NCBI GenBank assembly: GCA_000146045.2 | Contig: BK006948.2 | Span: 352,001-416,000, forward strand | Reading direction: 5' to 3' | Length of the DNA: 64,000 nucleotides | Origin: TPA_inf: Saccharomyces | Lineage: Eukaryota | Part shown: positions 40,416-50,760 of the stretch, piece by piece | Layout: the number at the start of each line of letters is the position of its first letter | Numbering within the stretch: position 1 is the first letter of the stretch | Position numbers and translations under genes: made by a program | The notes under the pieces: generated by a model | Database searches by the model: none | What the model saw: the letters and a program-made list of their open reading frames with translations, nothing else | What the model was told of the DNA's origin: nothing

Positions 40416-42524
40416 TTATTTACCTTTATAAACAAATTGGGAAAGCAAGGAGATAGATCTGACTGCCGGCCGAGCTTGGCTTGACTTAGTAGTTTCGATG
40501 TCCCTTTTCTTACTTTCCTCATGCAAAATTGGTGATGAATTGAATGATTTTCGTTCATCTACGCTTTTCATGTCAATCACAATTCTCTGTGACCTGGCAC
40601 CAATAAGGCTTTTTCGCAGTGATGGCCTTTGCGTGATTTGATTTTTACCATCGTTATCGTCGCAATCATCATCTCTATTTTGATTGACGTATACCATTCC
40701 TCTACTTTTTTGATTAACGTGCCGAGGAAATAGTGGTTGTCTATTTGCATTAACTCCGCTGAATGAAGATGAATATCTAAACTTTTGTAAAACTTTTGTG
40801 CACCCCGATATACTCCTCTGGGATGACCCGGGAAATGAGGTGGTGCTGCTCGTGGGAACTCTTGATTCCGCAGTTTCGCTATAATCCTCGCTAGTATCGC
40901 CATCACCGTCATCATCTGTATTATAGATTTCGTTACCGATAGTCTTTCCTTCAGAATTCTTTCGGTCCTCTTCAATGTCACTGACAACTTCAGAAACCTC
41001 TTCACTCAGGTTGTCGTCATCCTCTAAATTGGTTGTAATAAAAGAACTAGGTATTTGTGTAGATAGTTGAGACTCGGAAACAGGCTCTTCCAAAGATTGT
41101 GAGTTTGTGTCCTCTTTAAAATCCTGTATGCTGTCGCCTTTTTCTTTGAAGTTTTCCACAACAGTCATGGAGGGTTTATTAAAAAATTTGCTTCTTGTAT
41201 CCTTCAACGTTTCTTGGACTACATTGGCATTACTTAATTTCCTACGCTTAATTGCCATTGTCAGTTTGTCTTCCGCTTGTCTTAGACTATGGATGTTATT
41301 TGCAACTTTTGGGTTATGATCCAATTTTGTCATTTTTTGGAAGAACGATTCTATTGGTTTGACTTTGGCTTCAGAATTAGTAGTATTAGTTTTCCCGAAC
41401 TCTATATTTGACTTGGATGCCAGCTGTAATTTGTGCTCTCTGTTGGCTAGAGGTTGGTGAAAATCATATGGATTCAAGTCACCTTGAGCAATTTTTAAAT
41501 GCAAGTGGTGATCTATATCGTCGTCGAAATGAACAATTTGCTTTTTCTGAGTTTCTCTGTGTATGACAAAACCAATGCACGCGTAGAGTCTTTTTCTTTT
41601 ACTTTCGGTATCTTTCAAGTACAGCGGAATTTCATTCAAGCTCACTATTTTCTTCCGAATAGGGCAAAATACCCTTTGGAATTGAAATGCTAAAACTGCA
41701 GCTTCATATTCATTAATGTATGTGTCTGGTATCATCAGTTTTCCCTCCCGCTGTATACTCAGAATTATCCTTTCAATAGTATTGAATCTTCTAACTAATT
41801 TCATTGCGGTAATCAGGCCAACCTTGGGAATTCCATTTGTATAGTCACAACCGGATAAACAAACCATTGTTATGATTTCTTCATTAGTTAAGGATCCCAA
41901 CGGAAACTTTTTAGGCAGTTTAATAAAATTATCGCGACATATTTCTAAACATTCTCCATAATCATTCAGCTTCGTAATGAGACGTCGACATCCGAAGACG
42001 AGGAGGTCAGAATCTTCGGATATTATTCCTTGCACAATGTTTTTCTGTTCTAAATATACCATTTGAGAGTCAGCCTCAAACGGAGCCACTATGTACCGAA
42101 TACCGTTTAGCTTACAGTAGCATATGATACATTTTGCCATTTCAGGCGTTATGTCGACACATTTTTGAAAATAGTCCATAGCATTTTTCTTTTCGCCACA
42201 GGCCCACAGTCTTTCAGCTATGGCTTTGTTTTCTTTTCTCTTATCCCTTCTTTTAGATTCAGTAGACTTTTTAACTGGAATGGCATCACCATCGAAGACC
42301 AAATACGGTTCAACTTTAAAGGTTTTCAATAAACTAAATCTTTTTATGAAAAACTGCAGGTACTTATCAGTTGGTTTTCCCATTGCAAGTTCATAAGCAC
42401 AAGAGCAGGCTGCTCTATGTAGCCATGCATAGCCATCAATGGCTAACACTTCTCCTTCATACCTACGTAGTGATACTGGATTCTGTATGGGCTTTAACTG
42501 AGGAAGAAGACCTTGGATACCCAT
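40416..42524 (-). CDS. EXO1: 5'-3' exonuclease / flap endonuclease of the Rad2/XPG family, 702 aa.
   Basis: The XPG-N start is MGIQGLLPQLKPIQ.... The XPG-I domain has acidic catalytic residues (...VAPFEADSQMVYL...GIISEDSDLLVFG...). The C-terminal tail is long and disordered. Confidence 0.9.
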   Translation of the reverse strand: MGIQGLLPQLKPIQNPVSLRRYEGEVLAIDGYAWLHRAACSCAYELAMGKPTDKYLQFFIKRFSLLKTFKVEPYLVFDGDAIPVKKSTESKRRDKRKENKAIAERLWACGEKKNAMDYFQKCVDITPEMAKCIICYCKLNGIRYIVAPFEADSQMVYLEQKNIVQGIISEDSDLLVFGCRRLITKLNDYGECLEICRDNFIKLPKKFPLGSLTNEEIITMVCLSGCDYTNGIPKVGLITAMKLVRRFNTIERIILSIQREGKLMIPDTYINEYEAAVLAFQFQRVFCPIRKKIVSLNEIPLYLKDTESKRKRLYACIGFVIHRETQKKQIVHFDDDIDHHLHLKIAQGDLNPYDFHQPLANREHKLQLASKSNIEFGKTNTTNSEAKVKPIESFFQKMTKLDHNPKVANNIHSLRQAEDKLTMAIKRRKLSNANVVQETLKDTRSKFFNKPSMTVVENFKEKGDSIQDFKEDTNSQSLEEPVSESQLSTQIPSSFITTNLEDDDNLSEEVSEVVSDIEEDRKNSEGKTIGNEIYNTDDDGDGDTSEDYSETAESRVPTSSTTSFPGSSQRSISGCTKVLQKFRYSSSFSGVNANRQPLFPRHVNQKSRGMVYVNQNRDDDCDDNDGKNQITQRPSLRKSLIGARSQRIVIDMKSVDERKSFNSSPILHEESKKRDIETTKSSQARPAVRSISLLSQFVYKGK

Positions 42525-42772
42525 TCCTTTCTACGCCTTTCAGTTTTTTCGAGCTCCTTTTATTTTAATGTGGTCCAAAAAGCAATATCAAATATAATTC
42601 TATGAGAGCATATAGATATACCTGAAGGAGCAAGGACCTGATATTTTTTGTTAAGGTTTTTTTACACGGGCCAGTAATACAAATTTCTCGAAAGATCCTT
42701 TTGCCTTCTATCAATCACGCAAATTTTTGTTGTGCACAAAACTAGTTATTGTACTTCCCGCCTTTGCTAAAG

Positions 42773-42778
42773 ACGCGT
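42773..42778. promoter_or_regulatory. MluI cell-cycle box (ACGCGT) about 250 bp upstream of EXO1. An ACGCGA half-match lies at 42829-42834.
   Basis: There is an exact ACGCGT in the EXO1 5' intergenic region. Confidence 0.5.
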
Positions 42779-42836
42779 AAGAAAAAAAAGTACAAATAAT
42801 GCCCTATAAAGAAAAAAATTTAAATAAAACGCGAAC

Positions 42837-45086
42837 TTAGTTTGGACGTAATACTTCTCCTTCTCGGGCCGGATATTCGTATAGCTCGTAGTAGTCAACC
42901 TCAGTTCCACCCAACATAGCTTTTGAAGTATCCGAAGAATAGAAAAATCGTTGCCACAAGGGCGCTGTTACATCACTATTAAGCCAAAAATCCGTCAAAT
43001 TCGTCTTCCAGTGATTTGTCACTAAGAAACTTCGAAGCAATGAACTGTGATGTTGTTGTGGAACCTGTCCATGCAAAATGTGGGTTATACCTACTATTTC
43101 CTTAATAGTAACGAGCCATTGATTAATACCCATCATTGAAAAGCAAGCGCTAAGAATGGCGCGGCGCCTATTTCTTGGTTCCAAACCATCAATAGAAATT
43201 GTGTGAGTAATGGTGGTCGCACTTGGACCTTCAGGAATCATATCACTATCTTCAACACCTTTACTTTCACTGGTATATATAGAGTTTTCGAAGGGTATCA
43301 GATTGATAAATTTTGCCTTGTGCTCCTCCTTGATTAAGATGAACAATTCAGGAGTCGTGATTCCTTTTAATATCTGGAAGAACTGGACAATCAACATAGC
43401 CCCCAGCCAGATGAAGTTTACGCTAATCCAAATGAATAAAAAAAAGGTAGAGGGATCGTAATTAGAACCCTTACACAAAGTCTCATTCTTGAGCAGGGCA
43501 CATCTTGCATATTCTTCAACTTGTTCGTAAATATAGTTCGTTTTCTTAAAATATGCCAGACATAACCACATGAACAAAAACATGTGATATTGGACCGTCA
43601 CAGCAAAGAAGACAAAAAGTTTGTGATTTTTTAAGCCAACATCATTATAAATCCATGGACAATAATGGTCATATCTGGCCACCAGGGCGCCGCTAAAGAA
43701 AGAATATTTACTCCTCAAAGGCTTCCTTTCTAATGTCTCAACACAAAAGTTTTCCCTATCAAACTTCCCTAAGTCAATCAGTTGTTTTATTGTTTCTTGT
43801 ATCGAAGTCAAACTATCATCCGTTTTCAGACAACCAGGATCTGACCGTACTAATCTCAGAAATAGTACAACTGTGAGAAAGGAAGTAACCAAAAACTGGA
43901 CGTTTTTCATGGTATAGTCAGATACACTATATGGATAGAGTTTCTTCGTCCATATATATATTAAAAAACAGAAAGTGGACAGAAAGAGGCCACTGAAAAA
44001 GGGAGTTCTAGTCAAAGAAACTTTGTAAGTGTTTTTTCTGGGAAGGCATGGTAATACAAACTTCTTTAATGTGTTGACCATGACAACAGTGACCAGTAGG
44101 GAAAGCATAATGGCTAGCACTGGAGAAAGAACGAGAGAAATTAAGTATATGTAAACCATGAGTAAAAATGGTGACAAAAAAATTGTGAATTGTGCATGCG
44201 AGCTTTTCTTGAACAGTTTGTCTTTCTGATTTCCAAGCCTGTCATATCCATGATGTTGCAACGCTTGTTCAAAAAGTGATTTGGTTCCCATTCCTTCGGC
44301 TAGATCAAAACAGTCTTGCTTCTGGTTATTCCTTTCGTAGAAATTTGCACCGCTAAGTATTAAGTCACATATGACCCTTTGATCACCTCCAACTAGAGCA
44401 CAATGGAGAGCATTGAACCCTCTGTTGTCCGTCCATGCAACTGTGGAGCCAAATTTCAATAAAAGTTCTACAGTGAGAAAATCTCCTTGATAAGCAGCCC
44501 AAAGTAGGGGTGTTCTGTTATTGTTATCTTTTGAATCGATATCGACGTTGTCATTGTTGTTTACGACAAAATAAAGAACATAAACAACAAGTAAAATGTT
44601 AGAACTGTAAACGCTAAAATGCATGATGTTAAGACCCTGCTCATCTTTGAGCGTCGGATCAGCGCCATGTTTGAGAAGCAGGTCAACAATGTAGATATTA
44701 CCGTACCTTGCGGCCCAGTGCAAAGCAGTAGCCCCTCCGGGGCCTGCCGCCTGGTTAGGATTTGCTCCCCTAAGTAATAGGAACTTTGCTACAGAAAACC
44801 TATTGTTTATACAGGCCCAGTGTAAGCCGGATAATTCATCAATGCGGTCGTTATTAATATCCACTGCTCCACTTTCGACCACGTCCTTCACCACTTTTAA
44901 ATCCCCATCCTTAGCGGCTTCAATGAAAATATCAACCACATATTCAGTGTTGGATCCATCGCCTAGAAGTTGCGCTTTGTTATTGTCCGAATCACTTACA
45001 GCGTGTTGAGCCACATCAGTGACAACAGCTGCCCCATTAGAAGTTTTTTTCACGTTCTCATCATCAATAATTGACATACTGGTCAT
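42837..45086 (-). CDS. AKR2: Ankyrin-repeat DHHC palmitoyltransferase, 749 aa.
   Basis: N-terminal ankyrin repeats are present ([24 protein letters not shown]..., [24 protein letters not shown]). There are multiple TM helices and the [22 protein letters not shown]. Confidence 0.85.
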
Positions 45087-45425
45087 AAGAAACAGTAGAG
45101 TATTTCACAGGTAATTAAGATGTTTATCTGACCGATGAACTTTACAACTTGCTAGTAAAAAGTTGGTGGAGTTCAGTTATTATTAAATGAAAAATGCAAA
45201 GTTTTGACGCTTTCTAATTGTAAACGACAAAGTGAATGATAAAAAGATCGCTGAACGAAAGATGATTCCAAATACTCAAAAATAGCAGCCATACAAACTG
45301 GAACTACTAAATTCAACTAAGATTAAGCGATTAAGAAGTCAGGCTCGTTTAACAACAAGCTTGGTACATCCCAGGCTGCACGAAGTCGTAACTTAAAAAA
45401 AAATAAAGAAGCGAAAAAGAGAAGA

Positions 45426-45668
45426 TCATTTCCTTTGGCATCTATTGTTTGCGAAGCCATCGGACCGAGGCACCTTTGAAAAAAAAAAAAAGGAGCACTT
45501 TCTTCCTTTTTCTCTCACCCAGATTCTTTTAGAACACGTAGGGTACCAGACATAATTTAGAGTAGTGTGATACTTCTGGTGTAAAAATAGAACAAAATAT
45601 ATAAAGGGCACCACTACCAGAGGATATTCTCTGGCTACGAAAATCTTACATAGTTCTTGTGTGTTCAT
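45426..45668 (-). CDS. Small 80-aa ORF (YOR034C-A-like). Coding status is uncertain.
   Basis: The ORF matches an annotated small ORF position. It has no recognisable domain. Confidence 0.25.
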   Translation of the reverse strand: MNTQELCKIFVAREYPLVVVPFIYFVLFLHQKYHTTLNYVWYPTCSKRIWVREKGRKCSFFFFSKVPRSDGFANNRCQRK

Positions 45669-45734
45669 TATCAGGGTGCTGTTGTATTTCTTAGTGAAAA
45701 TTAAGAAGAGTTAAACATGGCGATTCTTTCCATA

Positions 45735-48104
45735 TTAGACTTTAATTTTAGCAAGGATAACGGGAATTGCCGCTGAAAACTCTGGTCCTGAATCGCCTCT
45801 CTTTAAAGACATATTTAAAGCATCCTTTAATTTTTGATTTTCTTGCAGCAACGGATACACCTCGTTAGTGCCATTATCCGGTATCACTTCGAATAATCCA
45901 AAAAAAAGCATAAGTAACCTTTGTCTTAACTCAATGTCATCAATTTGATCCGCAAATACCTGAATAGCATTTTCGATTAGTTCTTTCTTGGTTAACAGTT
46001 CCTTAGCTATCAATGGAATCGTGGTGGCAATGTTAGCAAAGATAGCAGCCACTGCTCGTTGAGACTCAACGTCGGATAACTGAAGAAGTTTCACCAATAT
46101 ATTAAAATTTCTCAAACTCTGAGGATTTTCCAAGTTAAAGAACTTAGCAGCAATCGTTAATGGATGACTCATCATATTACTTATGAGCTCTAATGTTGAT
46201 CTTTGCAAAGGAACGTTTTCGTCTAGCATCAGATTCTCAATCGTGGACCAATATACTTTTGTAGATACGATATGCTTGCAAACTTCTTCACCATCAGAGG
46301 TCTCCGATGATGCCAAGTTCGTCAGAGCTAATAGTGCCTCGTAATTGTCTGTCAGCTTTATTTGTTCGTCGTTATGTAACGGATTGTCATCCACTGGCGT
46401 AGACCTTGGCAACAATTCGAACAAGAAGGGGATAGCGTTTAATGCAGAGTATTTTTTAAATATCAAACCCGGATTAGTGAATATTAGCATTCTTGTTAAT
46501 GCCCGACACCCTAGAATCCGTATTGGCTCCCCTATGTCCTGCTTATTGGCCAAATATTCTAAGATGATAGTTGTACCACCTTGTGAAATGCATTGAGGAA
46601 TGAAGTTTTTCGAGCGGGTTATGTTATATATAACCCTAACCACTTGTTGTTTACAATTGGGGCTCAAATTGTGCATTTCCCTCTTCAAAAAGGAAATCAG
46701 CTCGGTCCTTAATATGTACTTTTCGTTAAACAAAAGAATATCTTCCTTTGATTCTTTCTCTGCGCCTACCTTGTCTGCGCCTGGGCCCTTCAAATCTGCG
46801 TAATTTTTTAAGTCATTGATAGACTGTGAACTACCATTGGATTCCTCTGGTAAAGTGGACAAATTTGCCATGATAACTAAGAGACCATATAAACAGTGCG
46901 TCATTTTCTGGCTTTTAATCATAGTTAATAGAATTTCAGTAAAGCTCTCGTTACTCCTAATCATAATCTTAACCGAGGCCTTTAGACTTAAATATGCCAG
47001 CGCTTCAACGGACATTTCAACTTTAGGAACCTCCTCGAGCTTAACCGCACTTTCATTGACATTTTCAATTTTTGGCATGATACGTCTTGAAATAGCGTTT
47101 ATAAAGATTTCGGACAGTTGCTTCAAGTTTATACACGTTAATTTTGTGAAAGACCATGTCTTAACTAACACCAATGCAGAATATATTTGTACATCTTCCA
47201 CGTTTAGTGATCTTTCCAATAGTTGAAGGTAATTTTCTGTAATATACGTTCTCATGGTCTCATCAATACACGCGGAAGATAATAACCGCAGCAGTTCTTT
47301 TGTAAACTGTAAATCCTGCTCTTCGAATACTCTCTTCTTAAAAAGCTTACTTAGTCCTTTGGTCAAAAATATTTCAGAACAAAGTGTTGTCAATGAAGGA
47401 TATAATTCTGATAGGGTTTTGACTATGATGGACAATGGATCATTTCCAACGTCTATTTCTGCCTCCACAATTAAGCTACTCATGAAATCGACCACTGCTT
47501 TATCAAAGTCTTTTTGGAAGCTTGATTGTAATTCAGCAAAAATTATAAGCATCATCGATTTTACTTCATCTTCGCTTATGCGCAAAATAAGTTCCTTCAC
47601 TAAAAATCGCACCTCCTTGAAATTGTACTTGAACTTATTCAATAGTTGTAGAATTATGCTCAGTAAATACGTGACGTGGGTGTCCTCGCCATAGTGTATC
47701 CTAATTTGCAGCTCATTTAACAATGCAATTGTTGCGTCTTTATTGGAAAAGCAACCAACGAAAACGTGGATGGATGATCTTGATAATATTTCAAATAAAT
47801 TGAGTGCGAAGGGAATATCATTCTGTATAAGTTTAGATAAATGTACGCGGGACTCAGAATGGTCTTGGTAAGACCTGGTCAATATTTCTTCGATTTTCTG
47901 ACGATCTTTAAGGGCTTCACTATTCGTTAAATCAGCCGGCATTTTCCCAGATTCAGATTTTTGCCTTAGCTGGAAAATTGTATTTATAGCATCATTGTAT
48001 TTTTGGACATCAGGGGTGGATTTCAAAGTCTTGTCAAATGCAGCGCAGAGGCTATCAATAGTAGAGCTATCGATTGGATCATTCCCTTTCTCACACAGTG
48101 GCAT
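45735..48104 (-). CDS. SHE4: UCS-domain (UNC-45/Cro1/She4) myosin chaperone, 789 aa. It is an ARM-repeat protein.
   Basis: Length, position and helical-repeat composition fit. The C-terminal UCS region is present. Confidence 0.78.
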   Translation of the reverse strand: MPLCEKGNDPIDSSTIDSLCAAFDKTLKSTPDVQKYNDAINTIFQLRQKSESGKMPADLTNSEALKDRQKIEEILTRSYQDHSESRVHLSKLIQNDIPFALNLFEILSRSSIHVFVGCFSNKDATIALLNELQIRIHYGEDTHVTYLLSIILQLLNKFKYNFKEVRFLVKELILRISEDEVKSMMLIIFAELQSSFQKDFDKAVVDFMSSLIVEAEIDVGNDPLSIIVKTLSELYPSLTTLCSEIFLTKGLSKLFKKRVFEEQDLQFTKELLRLLSSACIDETMRTYITENYLQLLERSLNVEDVQIYSALVLVKTWSFTKLTCINLKQLSEIFINAISRRIMPKIENVNESAVKLEEVPKVEMSVEALAYLSLKASVKIMIRSNESFTEILLTMIKSQKMTHCLYGLLVIMANLSTLPEESNGSSQSINDLKNYADLKGPGADKVGAEKESKEDILLFNEKYILRTELISFLKREMHNLSPNCKQQVVRVIYNITRSKNFIPQCISQGGTTIILEYLANKQDIGEPIRILGCRALTRMLIFTNPGLIFKKYSALNAIPFLFELLPRSTPVDDNPLHNDEQIKLTDNYEALLALTNLASSETSDGEEVCKHIVSTKVYWSTIENLMLDENVPLQRSTLELISNMMSHPLTIAAKFFNLENPQSLRNFNILVKLLQLSDVESQRAVAAIFANIATTIPLIAKELLTKKELIENAIQVFADQIDDIELRQRLLMLFFGLFEVIPDNGTNEVYPLLQENQKLKDALNMSLKRGDSGPEFSAAIPVILAKIKV

Positions 48105-48347
48105 CGTGATTCTAATTTTTTAGTAATCTTTTCATGTGAGTAGTTTAGATAAAACGTCTTCACTATTAAGTAGAAGATTCGTAATTGGATTTAAGCCTTC
48201 GTGCCTTATCGCGGCTGATAATCATCATGATCGACGATGAACTACTGCGCCAGAGTATAATCCCCTATAAAACAGGCCTGCTATCACTCCAAAGAGAATG
48301 CTTTTATAGAAGAATATAACGTAAATTACTACAATAATTGTGTTGAG

Positions 48348-49214
48348 ATGTCGGAAGACGAATTTTTTGGTGGTGATAATGAAGCCGTTTGGAACGGTTC
48401 CAGATTCAGTGATTCACCTGAGTTCCAAACGTTGAAAGAAGAGGTTGCTGCAGAGTTATTTGAAATAAATGGGCAAATAAGCACGCTGCAGCAGTTTACC
48501 GCGACACTTAAGTCATTTATAGATCGGGGAGATGTTAGTGCGAAAGTTGTGGAAAGAATTAATAAGAGATCTGTGGCAAAGATAGAAGAAATAGGCGGGC
48601 TCATTAAAAAGGTCAATACATCAGTGAAAAAGATGGATGCGATTGAGGAAGCTAGCCTGGATAAGACTCAAATAATAGCGAGAGAGAAACTTGTGAGGGA
48701 TGTCAGTTACTCTTTTCAAGAGTTTCAAGGTATTCAGCGGCAGTTTACCCAAGTAATGAAACAAGTTAATGAAAGAGCAAAAGAATCTCTTGAAGCAAGT
48801 GAGATGGCAAATGATGCTGCTTTATTAGATGAAGAACAAAGGCAGAATAGCTCAAAAAGTACTCGAATACCAGGCAGCCAAATAGTCATTGAGAGAGACC
48901 CGATAAATAACGAAGAGTTTGCTTATCAGCAAAATCTTATCGAGCAAAGAGACCAGGAAATCAGCAATATTGAAAGAGGTATAACGGAACTGAACGAAGT
49001 TTTTAAAGATTTGGGAAGTGTTGTTCAACAGCAGGGTGTGCTAGTTGACAATATTGAAGCAAATATTTATACAACGTCAGATAACACTCAATTGGCTTCA
49101 GACGAGCTAAGGAAGGCCATGCGGTACCAAAAACGTACGAGCAGATGGAGGGTGTATTTGTTGATTGTGCTTCTCGTAATGCTTCTTTTTATTTTTCTCA
49201 TTATGAAATTGTAA
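48348..49214 (+). CDS. PEP12: Endosomal/vacuolar Qa-SNARE (syntaxin), 288 aa.
   Basis: The Habc helices and the SNARE motif (...IEQRDQEISNIERGITELNEVFKDLGSVVQQQGVLVDNIEANI...) are present. The C-terminal TM anchor is WRVYLLIVLLVMLLFIFLIMKL. Confidence 0.85.
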   Translation: MSEDEFFGGDNEAVWNGSRFSDSPEFQTLKEEVAAELFEINGQISTLQQFTATLKSFIDRGDVSAKVVERINKRSVAKIEEIGGLIKKVNTSVKKMDAIEEASLDKTQIIAREKLVRDVSYSFQEFQGIQRQFTQVMKQVNERAKESLEASEMANDAALLDEEQRQNSSKSTRIPGSQIVIERDPINNEEFAYQQNLIEQRDQEISNIERGITELNEVFKDLGSVVQQQGVLVDNIEANIYTTSDNTQLASDELRKAMRYQKRTSRWRVYLLIVLLVMLLFIFLIMKL

Positions 49215-49554
49215 ACCAAACCAACACACGTCGTCAAATATCATATACATAATATATACACTTAAAACAGATTCGTGTTAATGAACTTGTTTTGCACTTT
49301 CACTGTACAATGCATGGGCTCTCTCATAATATTTCTACGCCGTCGCATCTTAACCAGCCGCAAAGAGAGAGTATATTCCATAATTCAGTTTTTCGCCTTT
49401 CCTTGCCCTTCTGAAATGTTGTTAATATCATCATACCCTAATGAAGAGTGAAAATTCACTTAACCCAAGTGAAAAATACAACTTCGAAGAGTGCAACGTG
49501 TTGAAAGAACCCTTCAAAAATAGAAAAGAGGAAACGAAAAAAAGAAAAAGTAGC

Positions 49555-50655
49555 ATGCTGTGGAAAAATTATGTTCTATCCAGTTCCCGAATAACACGTA
49601 GGCTTCATAAGTCACCTAGAAAGAGCAGCTTCTCTAAGAACTTTTTTATCACAGGCTGCCTACTGACAGTTGGAGCAGTAAGCAGTTATTTAACCTACAG
49701 GTACACAAGTGAGAGGGAAAACAAACATGAGTTATCTCCATCTTATTTTGTCAAGTACAAGATTTCACACAAGCGAGATATTGATTCATCACATTTTTTA
49801 TTGGAAGTAACTCCGTTGTTTAAGCAGAAAGTTAACATATGGTCATTGATGACTGCGGAAAATCTGTGGTCCGTCGAGATCAAACAACCGGAAGTCATGG
49901 TGGTCCGCAATTATACGCCTCTACCGCTTAAATTTAACCCAGCTTCAAAAGAGATTGAAATCTTAAAAGATGGTGACAATGCAGATGGAAAATTATCTTT
50001 CTATATTAAGAAGTATGAGAATGGAGAAGTTGCAAGATGGTTACACCATCTTCCCAAGGGACATATAATTGAAATAAGAGGCCCGTTTATCGATTATGAG
50101 TTTCCTCATTTGCCTAATGAGCTAAAAAGATCTCGCGATTGTTTATACATGGATAATCGCAATGAAAGGGGCAATAACGTTAGAGAAAATTCCCAATTTA
50201 TTTACCAGCCTTATGACATAATGATGTTCACCGCTGGTACCGGAATAGTTACTGCGTTGCAACTACTTTTGACTGAATCACCATTTAGAGGTACTATAAA
50301 GTTATTTCATACGGATAAGAACATTAAACAACTGGGACCCTTGTATCCTATCCTTTTAAGACTTCAAGCTTCAAACAGGGTCCAGTTAAAAATTTTTGAA
50401 ACAGACCGACAAACTAAACAAGACGTATTGAAAAGTATCCAGAAATCAATCACGAAGCCCTACCCATACAAAGGTCTGCTCCCCTTTTCCAACGTTAACA
50501 ACAAGAATATTATGCCTGTGTTGGCATTGGTATGCGGCCCCGAAAGTTATATTAGTAGCATATCTGGAAGAAAATACGATCTTAATCAGGGACCAGTAGG
50601 AGGGTTACTTTCCAAAGAAGGCTGGAACTCCGATAATGTGTATAAACTTTCATAA
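49555..50655 (+). CDS. CYC2: Mitochondrial FAD-dependent oxidoreductase (ferredoxin-reductase-like) involved in cytochrome c haem attachment, 366 aa from MLWKNYV.
   Basis: An N-terminal TM/presequence region is followed by FNR-like FAD and NAD binding segments (RNYTPLP..., MFTAGTGIVTALQLL). The track ORF extends 38 codons upstream. Confidence 0.68.
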   Translation: MLWKNYVLSSSRITRRLHKSPRKSSFSKNFFITGCLLTVGAVSSYLTYRYTSERENKHELSPSYFVKYKISHKRDIDSSHFLLEVTPLFKQKVNIWSLMTAENLWSVEIKQPEVMVVRNYTPLPLKFNPASKEIEILKDGDNADGKLSFYIKKYENGEVARWLHHLPKGHIIEIRGPFIDYEFPHLPNELKRSRDCLYMDNRNERGNNVRENSQFIYQPYDIMMFTAGTGIVTALQLLLTESPFRGTIKLFHTDKNIKQLGPLYPILLRLQASNRVQLKIFETDRQTKQDVLKSIQKSITKPYPYKGLLPFSNVNNKNIMPVLALVCGPESYISSISGRKYDLNQGPVGGLLSKEGWNSDNVYKLS

Positions 50656-50760
50656 TTTAACGTTCGAGATTAAGAAGGCAATTACAATAATATTACATAC
50701 TGTAGATAATGAATATAATGAAAAATATAAGAGTTTAAACTATACATTGTTAAAGCCAAA

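Noticed and set aside
46345-47694. A series of + strand ORFs (83 to 146 codons) inside SHE4, and similar + strand ORFs (51190-52306) inside HIR2.
   Set aside because: These are chance antisense ORFs within long AT-rich genes and have no motifs.
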